Below, piece by piece: positions 11,457 through 20,785 of a stretch of 64,000 nucleotides of DNA; position 1 is the stretch's first letter, and the number at the start of each line of letters is the position of its first letter. The position numbers were made by a program, and so were the translations under genes. A model generated the notes under the pieces. That model was not told the origin of the DNA. It worked only from the letters and a program-made list of their open reading frames with translations, and did no database searches. The DNA is from Candidatus Fimenecus stercoravium (lineage in GTDB: Bacteria; Bacillota; Clostridia; Oscillospirales; Acutalibacteraceae): the NCBI GenBank assembly GCA_018711545.1, contig DVIC01000029.1:900-64899 (forward strand), read 5' to 3'.

Positions 11457-11811
11457 CTTCCCCTCCCGAGATGTGCTTCATCTTCTCAAAGATTTCCATG
11501 CCGCGTTCCACGGAATCGTCCGCAATGAAGCGCAGCTCGGGCGTTTTGCGAAGCCCAAGCCGCCTGCCGACCTCGCGGCGCAGATACCCCGTCGCGCTTT
11601 TTAAGCCCTCCACCGCCGCTTTGGCGGTCGAAAGCCCCTCAAGCGCACTGACGTACACTTTCGCTACCGAAAGGTCACGGCTGACCTCCACACGCACGAC
11701 CGTGAGCATTTTATCCTTGACGCGCGGGTCCTTGAGCTCGCGCAGGAGCGCGACCAGCTCGCGCTTGATATCCTCGGAGGTCCTGTCTGTTTTATATCCT
11801 GCCATTGTCAT
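11449..11811 (-). CDS. rbfA: ribosome-binding factor A
   Basis: RTSEDIKRELVALL...VVRVEVSRDLSVAKVYVS...LRKTPELRF pattern. The second ATG at 11805 is an equally possible start. Confidence 0.9.
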   Translation of the reverse strand: MTMAGYKTDRTSEDIKRELVALLRELKDPRVKDKMLTVVRVEVSRDLSVAKVYVSALEGLSTAKAAVEGLKSATGYLRREVGRRLGLRKTPELRFIADDSVERGMEIFEKMKHISGGEDA

Positions 11812-11850
11812 CCCCTGCCGCCCGTAATATCGATTGTAGTTTGCGCGGCG

Positions 11851-14166
11851 TTAATCGCGGTATTCTTCCATGACGAAGGCTTCGAGCACGTCGCCCTCTT
11901 TGATGTCATTGAACTTTTCAAGCCCTATGCCGCATTCATAGCCCTGTGCGACCTCTTTGACATCGTCCTTGAAGCGCTTGAGCGATGCGATGGCGTCCTC
12001 GGTAATAACGACGCCGTCGCGCACGACGCGGATCTGCGCGTTGCGGGTGATCTTGCCGTCGAGCACATAGGAGCCCGCGATGGTACCCGCGGAGGAAAGC
12101 TTGAACACATTGCGCACCTCGGCGCGGCCGAGCTGCACCTCACGGTATTTCGGCGCAAGCATGCCCTTGATGGCAGCCTCGATCTCCTCAATGCAGTCAT
12201 AAATGACACGGTACATGCGCATATCAATGCCGTCGCGTTCGGCAAGCTGCGTTGCCACCGGATCAGGGCGCACATTGAACCCGACGATGATGGCGTTCGA
12301 AGCGTTGGCGAGCATCACATCGGATTCGCTGACCGCGCCGACGCCGCCGTGGATGACCTTGACGTGCACCTCGTCGTTCGACAGCTTTTCGAGACTTTGG
12401 CGAACCGCCTCCACGGAGCCCTGCACATCCGCCTTGACGATGATGTCGAGTTCCTTGACCTCGCCCTCGTTGATAGAAGCGAACAGGTTGTCAAGCGTGA
12501 CTTTGTGGAACTGCTTGAATTCCTCTTCCTTGGCGTCGTGCTTTCTCTGCTCCACAAGCTCACGCGCAAGCCGTTCGTCGGAAACCGCGTCAAAGGCGTC
12601 GCCTGCCTGCGGGACGTCCACAAGGCCGGTGATCTCCACAGGAACAGAGGGTCCCGCCGTTTCCACGCGCTGCCCGCGGTCGTTGGTCATGACGCGCACG
12701 CGGCCGACCGCCATGCCCGCGACGATGGTATCGCCCGCTTTGAGCGTACCGTTCTGCACGAGCAGCGTCGCTACGGGGCCGCGGCCCTTGTCGAGCCGCG
12801 CCTCAATGACTACGCCCTTACCGGGACGGTTCGGGTTGGCCTTGAGTTCTTTCATCTCCGCCACAAGCAGGATGGATTCAAGCAGCTTGTCAATGTTCAT
12901 GCCCGTTTTTGCCGAGACCGGTACGCAGATCACGTCGCCACCCCATTCTTCGGGGATAAGCTCGTATTCGGTGAGCTGCTGCATGATCTTTTCGGTCGAA
13001 GCGCCGGGCTTATCCATTTTATTGATCGCAACAATGATGCTGACGTCCGCAGCTTTCGCGTGGTTGATGGCCTCTATGGTCTGCGGCATGATGCCGTCGT
13101 CCGCCGCCACCACCAGCACGGCGATGTCCGTCGCCTGTGCGCCGCGCGCACGCATCGCGGTAAACGCCGCGTGGCCGGGGGTGTCGAGGAAGGTGATCTT
13201 CTGCCCGCCCACATCGACACGGTATGCGCCGATGTGCTGCGTGATGCCGCCCGCCTCGGTCTCGGTGACCGCAGTATGGCGGATCGTATCAAGCAGGGAG
13301 GTCTTGCCGTGGTCGACGTGGCCCATGACCACCACGACCGGATCGCGCGGAAGCAGGTCTTCTTCGGCGTCCTCGGTATCGTCAATGATGCGTTCCTCGA
13401 TGGTCACAACGACCTCTTTTTCGACTTTTGCGCCAAGCTCGGATGCGACGATCGCCGCCGTCTCGTAGTCAATGACCTCATTGACCGAAGCCATCTGCCC
13501 CAAAGAGAACAGCTTTTTGATGACCTCCGCCGCCGTCATTTTCAGGCGGGAGGCAAGCTCGCCGACGGTGATCTCATCGGGGATCGTAACTTTGATGGGC
13601 TTCTTCGCACGCTCGGCGGCGATACGCGCCATGCGCTCCTTTTCGGTCTCGCGCTTGCGCGAACGCATGCCCTGACGGCGGTACTGCTGCGACTTCTGTT
13701 TAAGCTTTTGCTTGTGTACGACATTGTCGCCGTTGTTGCGGTTGTTGACAGGCGCGATGTTCTCATAGCGCTCGTTGTATTTGTCCAGCTCAACGTTGCC
13801 CGCACGAGTATCCACGTGGCGCACCTCGCCTTTGGTGCGGGATTGCATGGGTTTCGCGGGGTCCTTTGCTTTTTTCGCGGGTGCAGGTGCAGCATCCGCC
13901 TTTTTGCTCGCCGCAGCCGGTTTCTCGGCGGCGGGAGCTTTTTCTTTTTTCGGCGCGGAAGTGCGCTGCATGGCAAAATAGCTGTCCAGAGATTCCACCG
14001 CGTTTTCGGCGGTCAGCACATCGAACAGCACATCCAATTCTTTTTCTTCAAGCGCCGTCTGGGATTTCTTTTCGCCGGGGAAATATTTGCCCAGCAGATC
14101 CGCCAGCTTTTTGCTGGGGACATTGAAATCCTTTGCGGCTTCGTGGAGTTTATATTTTTTCGTCAT
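11851..14166 (-). CDS. infB: translation initiation factor IF-2
   Basis: G-domain motifs [22 protein letters not shown] and NKMD. Start is set at ATG 14166 ([14 protein letters not shown]), 6 nt after GGGAGGGA. The 85 codons upstream in the ORF track are Arg/Cys-rich and judged non-coding. Confidence 0.95.
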   Translation of the reverse strand: MTKKYKLHEAAKDFNVPSKKLADLLGKYFPGEKKSQTALEEKELDVLFDVLTAENAVESLDSYFAMQRTSAPKKEKAPAAEKPAAASKKADAAPAPAKKAKDPAKPMQSRTKGEVRHVDTRAGNVELDKYNERYENIAPVNNRNNGDNVVHKQKLKQKSQQYRRQGMRSRKRETEKERMARIAAERAKKPIKVTIPDEITVGELASRLKMTAAEVIKKLFSLGQMASVNEVIDYETAAIVASELGAKVEKEVVVTIEERIIDDTEDAEEDLLPRDPVVVVMGHVDHGKTSLLDTIRHTAVTETEAGGITQHIGAYRVDVGGQKITFLDTPGHAAFTAMRARGAQATDIAVLVVAADDGIMPQTIEAINHAKAADVSIIVAINKMDKPGASTEKIMQQLTEYELIPEEWGGDVICVPVSAKTGMNIDKLLESILLVAEMKELKANPNRPGKGVVIEARLDKGRGPVATLLVQNGTLKAGDTIVAGMAVGRVRVMTNDRGQRVETAGPSVPVEITGLVDVPQAGDAFDAVSDERLARELVEQRKHDAKEEEFKQFHKVTLDNLFASINEGEVKELDIIVKADVQGSVEAVRQSLEKLSNDEVHVKVIHGGVGAVSESDVMLANASNAIIVGFNVRPDPVATQLAERDGIDMRMYRVIYDCIEEIEAAIKGMLAPKYREVQLGRAEVRNVFKLSSAGTIAGSYVLDGKITRNAQIRVVRDGVVITEDAIASLKRFKDDVKEVAQGYECGIGLEKFNDIKEGDVLEAFVMEEYRD

Positions 14167-14170
14167 CCTG

Positions 14171-14488
14171 TCATTCCCTCCCGATGTGGTCTTGTATGCG
14201 CGCGGCAAAACCGGCATCGTTGACGGTGAGCACCGCCGTAGGTTTTGCACCGATCGTTTTGCCGAGCTCCTGCATGGTAAAGGTGCCGCGTACCGTCGCG
14301 GCATTCGGGGAAAAGCGGGCAGCGGCGCGTTCCATTTCCGCCTGCAAGCGCGCGGACGCATCCGCTGCGAGCAGGCACAGGCATGCAGACCCGTTTTGTA
14401 TCGCGCCGAGCGCCGCGTCATGTCCGGCGCTCAAAAGCCCTGCGCGGCGGGCGATCCCCAGCAGCCCGCCTGCTTTGTTATCCGTCAC
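14171..14488 (-). CDS. ylxQ: L7Ae/L30e-family RNA-binding protein (YlxQ-type)
   Basis: [26 protein letters not shown]...LLLAADAS pattern between ylxR and infB. A GTG start at 14488 overlapping the ylxR stop was chosen; the start is uncertain. Confidence 0.75.
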   Translation of the reverse strand: MTDNKAGGLLGIARRAGLLSAGHDAALGAIQNGSACLCLLAADASARLQAEMERAAARFSPNAATVRGTFTMQELGKTIGAKPTAVLTVNDAGFAARIQDHIGRE

Positions 14489-14747
14489 GCTGCAGCGCCT
14501 CCTCCAATTCGGCGTACACGGCGTCGGGGACGGCACAGCCGAACACGCGTTCGAGCCGCTTCGCTTTTTTCGCTTTCAAAAGGCAGCCGACGTCGGGGCA
14601 GATATACGCGCCCCTTCCGGGCATTTTCCCGGTCGTGTCGAGCGAGATGACGCCCTCTTTCGAACGCACCACACGCACAAGCTCACGCTTCGGCTTCTGC
14701 GTACCGCAGCCCGTGCACAGACGCATCGGTATGTTTTTGGTCTTCAC
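14478..14747 (-). CDS. ylxR: YlxR/RnpM-family (DUF448) RNA-binding protein
   Basis: IPMRLCTGCGTQKPKRELVRVV...GRGAYIC motif. GTG start lies 5 nt after AAGGGAG. Confidence 0.85.
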   Translation of the reverse strand: MKTKNIPMRLCTGCGTQKPKRELVRVVRSKEGVISLDTTGKMPGRGAYICPDVGCLLKAKKAKRLERVFGCAVPDAVYAELEEALQRDG

Positions 14748-14786
14748 GCTGTCAGCTCCCTTGTTGCCTGTAAGTCCTTTTGGGCT

Positions 14787-15836
14787 TTAGCCCTCGTAAA
14801 AGCCGCTTTCGGGCTTGATATCGATCTTCCAGCCGGTAAGGCGCGCCGCAAGGCGGGCGTTCTGACCCTTATTGCCGATAGCAAGCGAAAGCTGGTTATC
14901 GGGCACGGTCGCCTGGCAGGAACGCGCTTCGGCATCCACGATCTCGACGCCCAGCACCTTTGCGGGTGCAAGCGCTGCGGCGACGAACTGCTGCGGGTCC
15001 TCACTGTATACGACGATATCGATCTTCTCGCCGCCGAGCTCCTCGACGATCTTATTCACACGCGCGCTGCGCGGGCCGATGCACGCGCCGACGGCGTCCA
15101 CGTTTTCATCCTTGCTGTGCACGGCGATCTTCGTGCGCGCGCCCGCTTCGCGCGAGACGGCCTCGATCGTCACGGTGCCGTCGTAAATTTCGGGCACCTC
15201 CGTTTCAAACAGCCGCTTGACAAGGCCCGGATGCGTGCGGGAGATCATAGCCTTCGGACCCTTTTCGGTCTCGCGGACATCCACGATGAACACCTTGGTA
15301 AGGCTGCCTTCGGTGAAGGTCTCGCCGGGGACCTGCTCGCCTTTCGGGAGGATCGCCTCCGCCTTGCCGATCTCAAGCGTCACGTTGCCCGTCACGGGGT
15401 CGATGCGCTGCACCTTGGCGGTGACCAGCTCCTGCTGCTTGGACTGGAATTCCATCATGATCTGCCCGCGCTCCGCGTCGCGGATGCCCTGGCGGATGAC
15501 GTGCTTCGCGGTCTGTGCCGCGATCCGGCCGAAGTCCTTGGCTTCGAGCGCGATTTGGATCTCGTCGCCCACCGCCGCGTCGGATTTGAACTGCTGTGCT
15601 TCCTCAACGGTCATTTCGCAGTCGGGATCTTCCACCGTTTCCACGACCGTTTTATGGAGAAATACATTCATGATGCTACTCTCGGGATCGATCTCGCAGG
15701 AGATGACGTCCTTGCCGTTGTAGTCCTTTTTGACCGCGACCAAAATCGCCGCCTTGATCTTTTCATACAGGTATTCGGCGGGGATGCCCTTTTCCTTTTC
15801 CAGCGCCTTGACCGCCTCGAAAAACTCCTTGTTCAT
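14787..15836 (-). CDS. nusA: transcription termination/antitermination factor NusA
   Basis: N-terminal domain, S1 domain and two KH domains (ARTKIAV...VGACIGPRSARV; AIGNKGQNARLAARLTGWKIDI). ATG at 15836 follows GGAGG. Confidence 0.95.
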   Translation of the reverse strand: MNKEFFEAVKALEKEKGIPAEYLYEKIKAAILVAVKKDYNGKDVISCEIDPESSIMNVFLHKTVVETVEDPDCEMTVEEAQQFKSDAAVGDEIQIALEAKDFGRIAAQTAKHVIRQGIRDAERGQIMMEFQSKQQELVTAKVQRIDPVTGNVTLEIGKAEAILPKGEQVPGETFTEGSLTKVFIVDVRETEKGPKAMISRTHPGLVKRLFETEVPEIYDGTVTIEAVSREAGARTKIAVHSKDENVDAVGACIGPRSARVNKIVEELGGEKIDIVVYSEDPQQFVAAALAPAKVLGVEIVDAEARSCQATVPDNQLSLAIGNKGQNARLAARLTGWKIDIKPESGFYEG

Positions 15837-15839
15837 CAC

Positions 15840-16319
15840 TTAAAAACCTCCAAAATCATCGAGCTTTATCCACGATGCTTCTTTTTTGTCAAACATGCGC
15901 GTCGCGCCGTCGTCACACCGGACGGTCACCGTGCCGTCCGCGTAATCTTCCAAAACGCCCTTGTATTCACGTCTGCCGTCCACGGCGCGGATGAACCGCA
16001 CCATAACGTTTTCGCCCAAATACCGTTTAAAATGGAAGTCGCGCGTCAGTTCGCGCTCGATCCCCGGGGACTGCACCTGTAAGCTGTAACTGCGGTCGAT
16101 GGGATCGGCTTCGTCCAGCGGCGCATCGAGCGCCTGGCTCATCGCCACGCAGTCCTCAATAGAGACGGGCTCATTTTCCTTGTCAATAATAATGCGCAAA
16201 TACCACTCGGTGCCCTCTTTTAAAAAGCGCACGTCCCAAAGCAGCAGACCGAGCGATTCTGCGAGCGGTTCGGCGATCTCCCAGACCACCGCCGCCGTAT
16301 TCTGCTTTTTTTCTGCCAT
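15840..16319 (-). CDS. rimP: ribosome maturation factor RimP
   Basis: VWEIAEPLAESLGLLLWDVRFLKEG..WYLRIIID pattern, first gene of the nusA operon. ATG at 16319 was chosen but has no nearby SD, so the start is uncertain. Confidence 0.85.
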   Translation of the reverse strand: MAEKKQNTAAVVWEIAEPLAESLGLLLWDVRFLKEGTEWYLRIIIDKENEPVSIEDCVAMSQALDAPLDEADPIDRSYSLQVQSPGIERELTRDFHFKRYLGENVMVRFIRAVDGRREYKGVLEDYADGTVTVRCDDGATRMFDKKEASWIKLDDFGGF

Positions 16320-16375
16320 ATTGGTTTGCGGCGCGCCGAGCTGTCGGCGCGGCACTCCTTTCCGCCGCGAAGTCC

Positions 16376-16410
16376 GCACAAAACGAGGAGAGCGGGTCGC
16401 CCCACTCTCC
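16376..16410 (-). promoter_or_regulatory. terminator-like hairpin in the rimP-nusA leader (candidate attenuator)
   Basis: Minus-strand GGAGAGUGGG-GCGA-CCCGCUCUCC: a 10-bp stem with a GNRA loop, followed by UCGUUUUGUG. It lies between the predicted promoter and rimP. Confidence 0.4.
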
Positions 16411-16437
16411 AATCGCAGCCTGTATTCTTACGCTGCA

Positions 16438-16466
16438 ATCATAGCACAAGTGCAAAAGAATTGCAA
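16438..16466 (-). promoter_or_regulatory. sigma-A-type promoter of the rimP-nusA-infB operon
   Basis: Minus strand reads TTGCAA-17 nt-TATGAT. Confidence 0.45.
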
Positions 16467-16480
16467 GCCTTTTTTCCCGT

Positions 16481-16669
16481 TTACAGGTCGTCGGCGTCCT
16501 GTACGGGATTTGCCGTGTGATCCGTCGGCGTACCCGTGTAGCTGCCGAGCACGTCGGTATCGGTTCCCTCGTTGTCAAAGCCGTGCCAGATGTCGGCGAT
16601 CTCTTCGGTGACCTCGCTGATCTTTTCGACCGCACGCTGCGACGGTTTTTTCTTCTTGTCCTTCGGCAT
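16481..16669 (-). CDS. small acidic protein (62 aa), family not recognised
   Basis: ATG at 16669 lies 7 nt after AAAGGAG. Translation MPKDKKKKPSQRAVEKISEVTEEIADIWHGF...PVQDADDL. Confidence 0.45.
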   Translation of the reverse strand: MPKDKKKKPSQRAVEKISEVTEEIADIWHGFDNEGTDTDVLGSYTGTPTDHTANPVQDADDL

Positions 16670-16881
16670 GTTTGCGCTCCTTTCCGCTTTTGCGCGATTT
16701 CGGGCGGCTGCCCGAAGGTAGTTTTTGCGGAAAAGGTGCAAAAATTCGATATTGTTTTATTTCTGCCGAATCTGAAAAAGATTGGTTTTATCGGCAAGGG
16801 CGGCTTTGGCGGCACCGAAAAAGGCAAACCCTGTTTAAGAGGTCTGCCGTTTGCGCACCGAACCACAGCGCAGCGCATCTC

Positions 16882-17051
16882 GTAGGGACAGCCCTTGCGG
16901 CTGTCCGCGAGCAGAAGCCGGATGTGTGGGGAGACGGCGCGAGCAAGCCCGCGCCCTACCGAAAATCATACGGCGCTCCCGGCGGACCATAACCATGTAC
17001 ACGTTCGGCTTTGCACATCTAATATCTAATGTCTAACATCTAAAATCTAAT
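16882..17051. repeat. composite intergenic repeat: two GTAGGG/CCCTAC hairpin boxes plus a 5-unit heptamer array
   Basis: GTAGGGACAGCCCTTGCGGCTGTCC (16882-16905); GGCGCGAGCAAGCCCGCGCCCTAC (16935-16959); ATCTAAT ATCTAAT GTCTAAC ATCTAAA ATCTAAT (17017-17051). The same modules recur at six other loci in the window. Confidence 0.8.
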
Positions 17052-17769
17052 CCATATATACGTCCACAACGTTTTCATCCGCCTGTAAGGTGGAGACGAT
17101 GATCTTCAGCGCGTTGTCCGTTTTCGGGAAAATAAGCGCCTTGATGGTGGCGGTATCCTTTTTCTTGCGGAATTTCGAGTCGTTGTCGTAAAGGATCTCC
17201 ATGGAGTGCACCACCGTGCCCGTGCGCTTGATGAGCCCCGAGATCTTCGGCACCTGCTCGGCGAGATCCTTGACCTCGATATACAGCGCCTTGCCCGCTT
17301 TGCCGCGGACGATGACCTTTTTGAGCGAATTGAGCGTCATGTAGATGACAAAGGTCGCAACGATCGCGCCCGTTACAAAGCCTGCGCCGACGGCGATGCC
17401 GATGCACGAGACCGCCCACAGGCTTGCCGCCGTGGTGAGGCCCTTGACGGAAAAGCCCTCGCGCAAGATCGTGCCCGCGCCCAAAAAGCCGATACCGCTG
17501 ACGACCTGCGCCGCCATGCGGGTGATGTCCACATTTGCCTGCCCCTCATAGGTCTTGGATATGTATACGGAGGTCAGCATGATAAGCGTTGAGCCGACCG
17601 CCACGAGGATGTGCGTACGGAAGCCTGCGGGGCGGTGCGAATGCTCGCGTTCAAAGCCGATGATCCCGCTGAGCAGCACGCTTAACGCCAGCTTCCACGC
17701 CGCGTCGATCACAAAGCGGAACTCCTGGTTGTTCCAAAGCCACAGCGCGGCTTCCTTGAGCCATTCCAT
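17047..17769 (-). CDS. mgtC: MgtC/SapB-family membrane protein with C-terminal soluble domain
   Basis: GIIGFEREHSHRPAGFRTHILVAVGSTLIM... is the MgtC signature. ATG follows AAAGGAGG. The stop TAG lies inside the heptamer array. Confidence 0.85.
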   Translation of the reverse strand: MEWLKEAALWLWNNQEFRFVIDAAWKLALSVLLSGIIGFEREHSHRPAGFRTHILVAVGSTLIMLTSVYISKTYEGQANVDITRMAAQVVSGIGFLGAGTILREGFSVKGLTTAASLWAVSCIGIAVGAGFVTGAIVATFVIYMTLNSLKKVIVRGKAGKALYIEVKDLAEQVPKISGLIKRTGTVVHSMEILYDNDSKFRKKKDTATIKALIFPKTDNALKIIVSTLQADENVVDVYMD

Positions 17770-17782
17770 TCGTGCGCCTCCT

Positions 17783-20782
17783 TTACACTTTTTTGAATTT
17801 CGGAATGAGCAGCACGACCGCTGCCCAGAAAAGCTCGAAGATCAGGATCTCGGCAATCCCCGCCTGCCCGAGGCTTGAAAAGAAACTGAGCACCGCCATG
17901 AGCAATACGCTAAGCCCCACACCGATATACAATAAGACCTGTGAAAGCCTGTATTTTTCTTCCAGCACGAACGCCGCCAGAAACGCGCGCAGGGCGGCGG
18001 CGGTCGAGCCGCTGTGCAAAATGGCGCAGGGCTCCGGGCGCGGGGGTTCCTCGCAAAGCTCGCGGAACATGTCGCCCGCGACGGGGTTGATGATCTTAAC
18101 AAGGTTGTGCGGCAGGTCAAAGTACTGCTCCACAAGGGCTTCGGTAATATTCGGGTCGGAGGTGCGCAGCAAAATCGTGACGCCGTATTTTTCGAGCCGC
18201 TGCAAATAAACGGAGATTTGTTTGTCGGACGCATATTCCACCACGAACAACGCGGCGGTCTTGCCCTCGACCGCCAAATACAGCACCTCGCAGCCGTCCT
18301 TTTTGAAGCGCTGCTCTTCCTCGCGCGAGGGGGCGTCCACATTGTGCTTCAAAAGCAGGTCGCGGCTGCCCACGAGCACACGCTGGTTATAGATCCAGCC
18401 CGAACAGCCCAGCCGCTCTTCATAGGCAAGCGACTCGACAGGCGGCAGGATCTCACGTTTTTTAAGGATCACTGCATCGAACACGTCGGACAGCGTGCCC
18501 CCAGAGCGGATGGTCATCGCCGCCGTGTATAAGAGCGCCTCGTCCACACGCATTTTATGGTAGGTCTTCATGCCGCAAAGCCGGCAGCGGCAGCCGTCAA
18601 ACAGCTCGGCGGCGTCGAGCACCACGGCGTTCGCCGTGACCGCATCAAAGGCGGCGTCATAGCTGCTCAACAGCGAATTCTGCGCGCGCAGGCGGCGGTT
18701 GACACCGCCAAGCGCTGCGGCAGAGCCGGGCACGGCGGCAACAGGCAGCCCCACAAGCACCGTGGCAGCAATAGCGGAAATGCCCGCAAACACATCGTTT
18801 CGTATAAAGCTCGTGACCGCGCCGATGAGGAAAGCGGCGATAAGCACCGCAGGCAGCGCGTTTGTATATACATCAAAATCGCGGTCGTTGGTTTTGGACA
18901 CGCGCACAAAATCTGTCGGGAACGCGATCTTTTTGGAATAGCGAACGTCCGGATCACCGAGCAGCAGCCCGCGCCCGATCTCAAACGCCGTTTCGGGCGA
19001 TTCAATGCGCGCGACACTCGAAAAACGGCTGCTGCGCTCGGCAACCAGCATAAAGTCCTGGATATCCTCTTTTAAGCCACGGCGCCTGCCTGCATAATAC
19101 AAGGTCAGCAGCAAAAATGCCGGGGCAGAATACAGGGGGATCTCGGTAAGCCGTTCGGGGTACGCCAGCGAAACGGCTGCCTGCACGAGCGCGAACAGCA
19201 GCGCGACCAAAAGCCCGGTTTCCGCTGTGGTGCGGCGGTGCACGATCCCCGAAAAGGCAATTTTCATTTGCGGCAGGCTAACGAGAAAGCCGCAAACCAG
19301 CAGCACCAGATGCAAAGCGCTGTATACTGCGGGATCGCCCCCCAGAAGTGAAAAACCTCCCGTAAAGCGTACGAGCAGCGCCGATGCGGCGGCGGCAAGC
19401 AAAAAGATGAGGCTCAACCACATGCGCACGGTAAAGCCGCGCTTTTCGGATACAAAAATATCAAAGACCGCCTGCGCGTCTTTCGGCCCGTAAAATTCAC
19501 GCAGCACACGTATCGGTGCCCGTTCCGGCTTTGGCGCGCGGCGTCTGCGGCGGCGCGGGGCTTCCTCTTCCTCTTCAAAGGGTTCATCGGTGTCGGCACC
19601 CGCCTGCGTTTCGGGCAGCTCCGGCACGGCGCGGGTGCGCGCTTCCGCTTCATCGGACGGTGCTTCGGCGAGCTCGCCGTTCTGTGCGGCATTTTCGGCA
19701 TTCTCCGCCGCCGAAAGCCCCGGGAACAGGCGAAAATCCTTTGCCCGCTCGCGGCGGCGGCGGCGAAGCGACGCTTCGGCAACTTCCTCGTCGATCTGCT
19801 CCACAGGCTCTTCGTGGGTATCATAGCCGTCGAGCATCATCTGATTCTCCAGCGGCGCTTCTTTATCTTCCGCTGCGAATGCACTGAAATTCCCCGCCTG
19901 TTGTTCGGGGTGTGCTTTCTGATCCTTGAGCACATCCTCCGGGGTCACAAGCGTCGGGATCGCTTGCAGGTCGCCCTGTGCCGCCTCCTCCGCCTTGCGC
20001 ACGATCACGCCCGGCTTTTCGATCGTTTTCGGCGGCATCTGCTCCAGAAGCCGTTTATGCTCCTGTGTTTTTTCCAATTTTTGCTGCGGCCGATTCAAGA
20101 AACGGTCGCGCTTTTCATCCGTCTCCATGACGCGCCGTTTGGGTACGACGGCGTCAAATTCGCCCGTTGTGGTGCGCAAAACGCGGTTGCCGATCTGGTG
20201 TTCGATCCCGCTGCGGTGCACCGCGTGCGACTCCACCTCGTTGAACACACGGGTCTTTTCAATGGAGATCTGCCCGGGCAGATCCTCCGGCAAAGGCTTT
20301 GCTTCTTCTTGGTTCGGCGTCTCCGCCTGCGGGGTCGCGCCCGTAAGCAGCGGCTCGATCTCACCGTCCGCCGCCTGCGGCGGGGCTTCAGGCGACAGTT
20401 CGTCTGCGGACTCCATCCGCGCCGCACGACGCGCAGCCTCTTTGAGCGACACACCCTTTTTCGGCGGTTCACGCTTTTCAAGCTGCGGGGAAACCGTTTC
20501 TTTTCGAGCGGCAGGTTCGGGGACTGCCGCAGGTGCTTCGATTGGTTTTTCCGGCTGTGCTTCGGGCTTTGCACCCGCCGCAGGGTTTTGCGGCATGTCG
20601 GACAAAACGGGGCGCGGCGAAGCCTCCCCGCCGTTTTTTGCGGCGGGCTTTTCTTCGTCGGAAAGCAGCGCATCCACCTCGGAAAGCGACCAGAGCCTGC
20701 TCCCTTTTTCCCCTTGCAGGTGCTTGACGTCGTCTAAAATCTTATCTACCGCAAGCCCCGACAGAATGTCCTTTTGCGACAT
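17783..20782 (-). CDS. P-type-ATPase-like membrane protein lacking all catalytic motifs, with a ~440-aa low-complexity N-terminal extension
   Basis: The C-terminal ~545 aa follow P1B-ATPase order (TM pairs, actuator-like GRGLLLGDPDVRY, P/N-domain-like blocks). At the aligned positions DKTGT is LDAAE, TGD is TSD, GDGxND is HSGSTA, and no CPC is present. Confidence 0.8.
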   Translation of the reverse strand: MSQKDILSGLAVDKILDDVKHLQGEKGSRLWSLSEVDALLSDEEKPAAKNGGEASPRPVLSDMPQNPAAGAKPEAQPEKPIEAPAAVPEPAARKETVSPQLEKREPPKKGVSLKEAARRAARMESADELSPEAPPQAADGEIEPLLTGATPQAETPNQEEAKPLPEDLPGQISIEKTRVFNEVESHAVHRSGIEHQIGNRVLRTTTGEFDAVVPKRRVMETDEKRDRFLNRPQQKLEKTQEHKRLLEQMPPKTIEKPGVIVRKAEEAAQGDLQAIPTLVTPEDVLKDQKAHPEQQAGNFSAFAAEDKEAPLENQMMLDGYDTHEEPVEQIDEEVAEASLRRRRRERAKDFRLFPGLSAAENAENAAQNGELAEAPSDEAEARTRAVPELPETQAGADTDEPFEEEEEAPRRRRRRAPKPERAPIRVLREFYGPKDAQAVFDIFVSEKRGFTVRMWLSLIFLLAAAASALLVRFTGGFSLLGGDPAVYSALHLVLLVCGFLVSLPQMKIAFSGIVHRRTTAETGLLVALLFALVQAAVSLAYPERLTEIPLYSAPAFLLLTLYYAGRRRGLKEDIQDFMLVAERSSRFSSVARIESPETAFEIGRGLLLGDPDVRYSKKIAFPTDFVRVSKTNDRDFDVYTNALPAVLIAAFLIGAVTSFIRNDVFAGISAIAATVLVGLPVAAVPGSAAALGGVNRRLRAQNSLLSSYDAAFDAVTANAVVLDAAELFDGCRCRLCGMKTYHKMRVDEALLYTAAMTIRSGGTLSDVFDAVILKKREILPPVESLAYEERLGCSGWIYNQRVLVGSRDLLLKHNVDAPSREEEQRFKKDGCEVLYLAVEGKTAALFVVEYASDKQISVYLQRLEKYGVTILLRTSDPNITEALVEQYFDLPHNLVKIINPVAGDMFRELCEEPPRPEPCAILHSGSTAAALRAFLAAFVLEEKYRLSQVLLYIGVGLSVLLMAVLSFFSSLGQAGIAEILIFELFWAAVVLLIPKFKKV

Positions 20783-20785
20783 GCC

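Noticed and set aside
12349-14223. 624-aa ORF on the plus strand
   Set aside because: It is antisense to infB, whose translation carries unmistakable IF-2 G-domain motifs. The plus-strand product is Arg/His/Asp/Leu-rich with no motifs and no SD. This is a typical long antisense ORF of GC-rich DNA.
14167-14421. 85-codon N-terminal extension of the infB ORF
   Set aside because: The extension overlaps ylxQ on the same strand in another frame, is Arg/Cys/Pro-rich, and has no SD. ATG 14166 has a strong GGGAGGGA SD and gives the conserved IF-2 N-terminus.
14133-16082. 649-aa ORF on the plus strand
   Set aside because: It is antisense to ylxQ, ylxR, nusA and rimP together. It has no SD and a low-complexity Arg/Ala/Leu composition.
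17783-20782. Annotation as a functional heavy-metal translocating P-type ATPase
   Set aside because: DKTGT, TGD, GDGxND and CPC equivalents are all substituted, and no N-terminal CxxC metal-binding domain is present.
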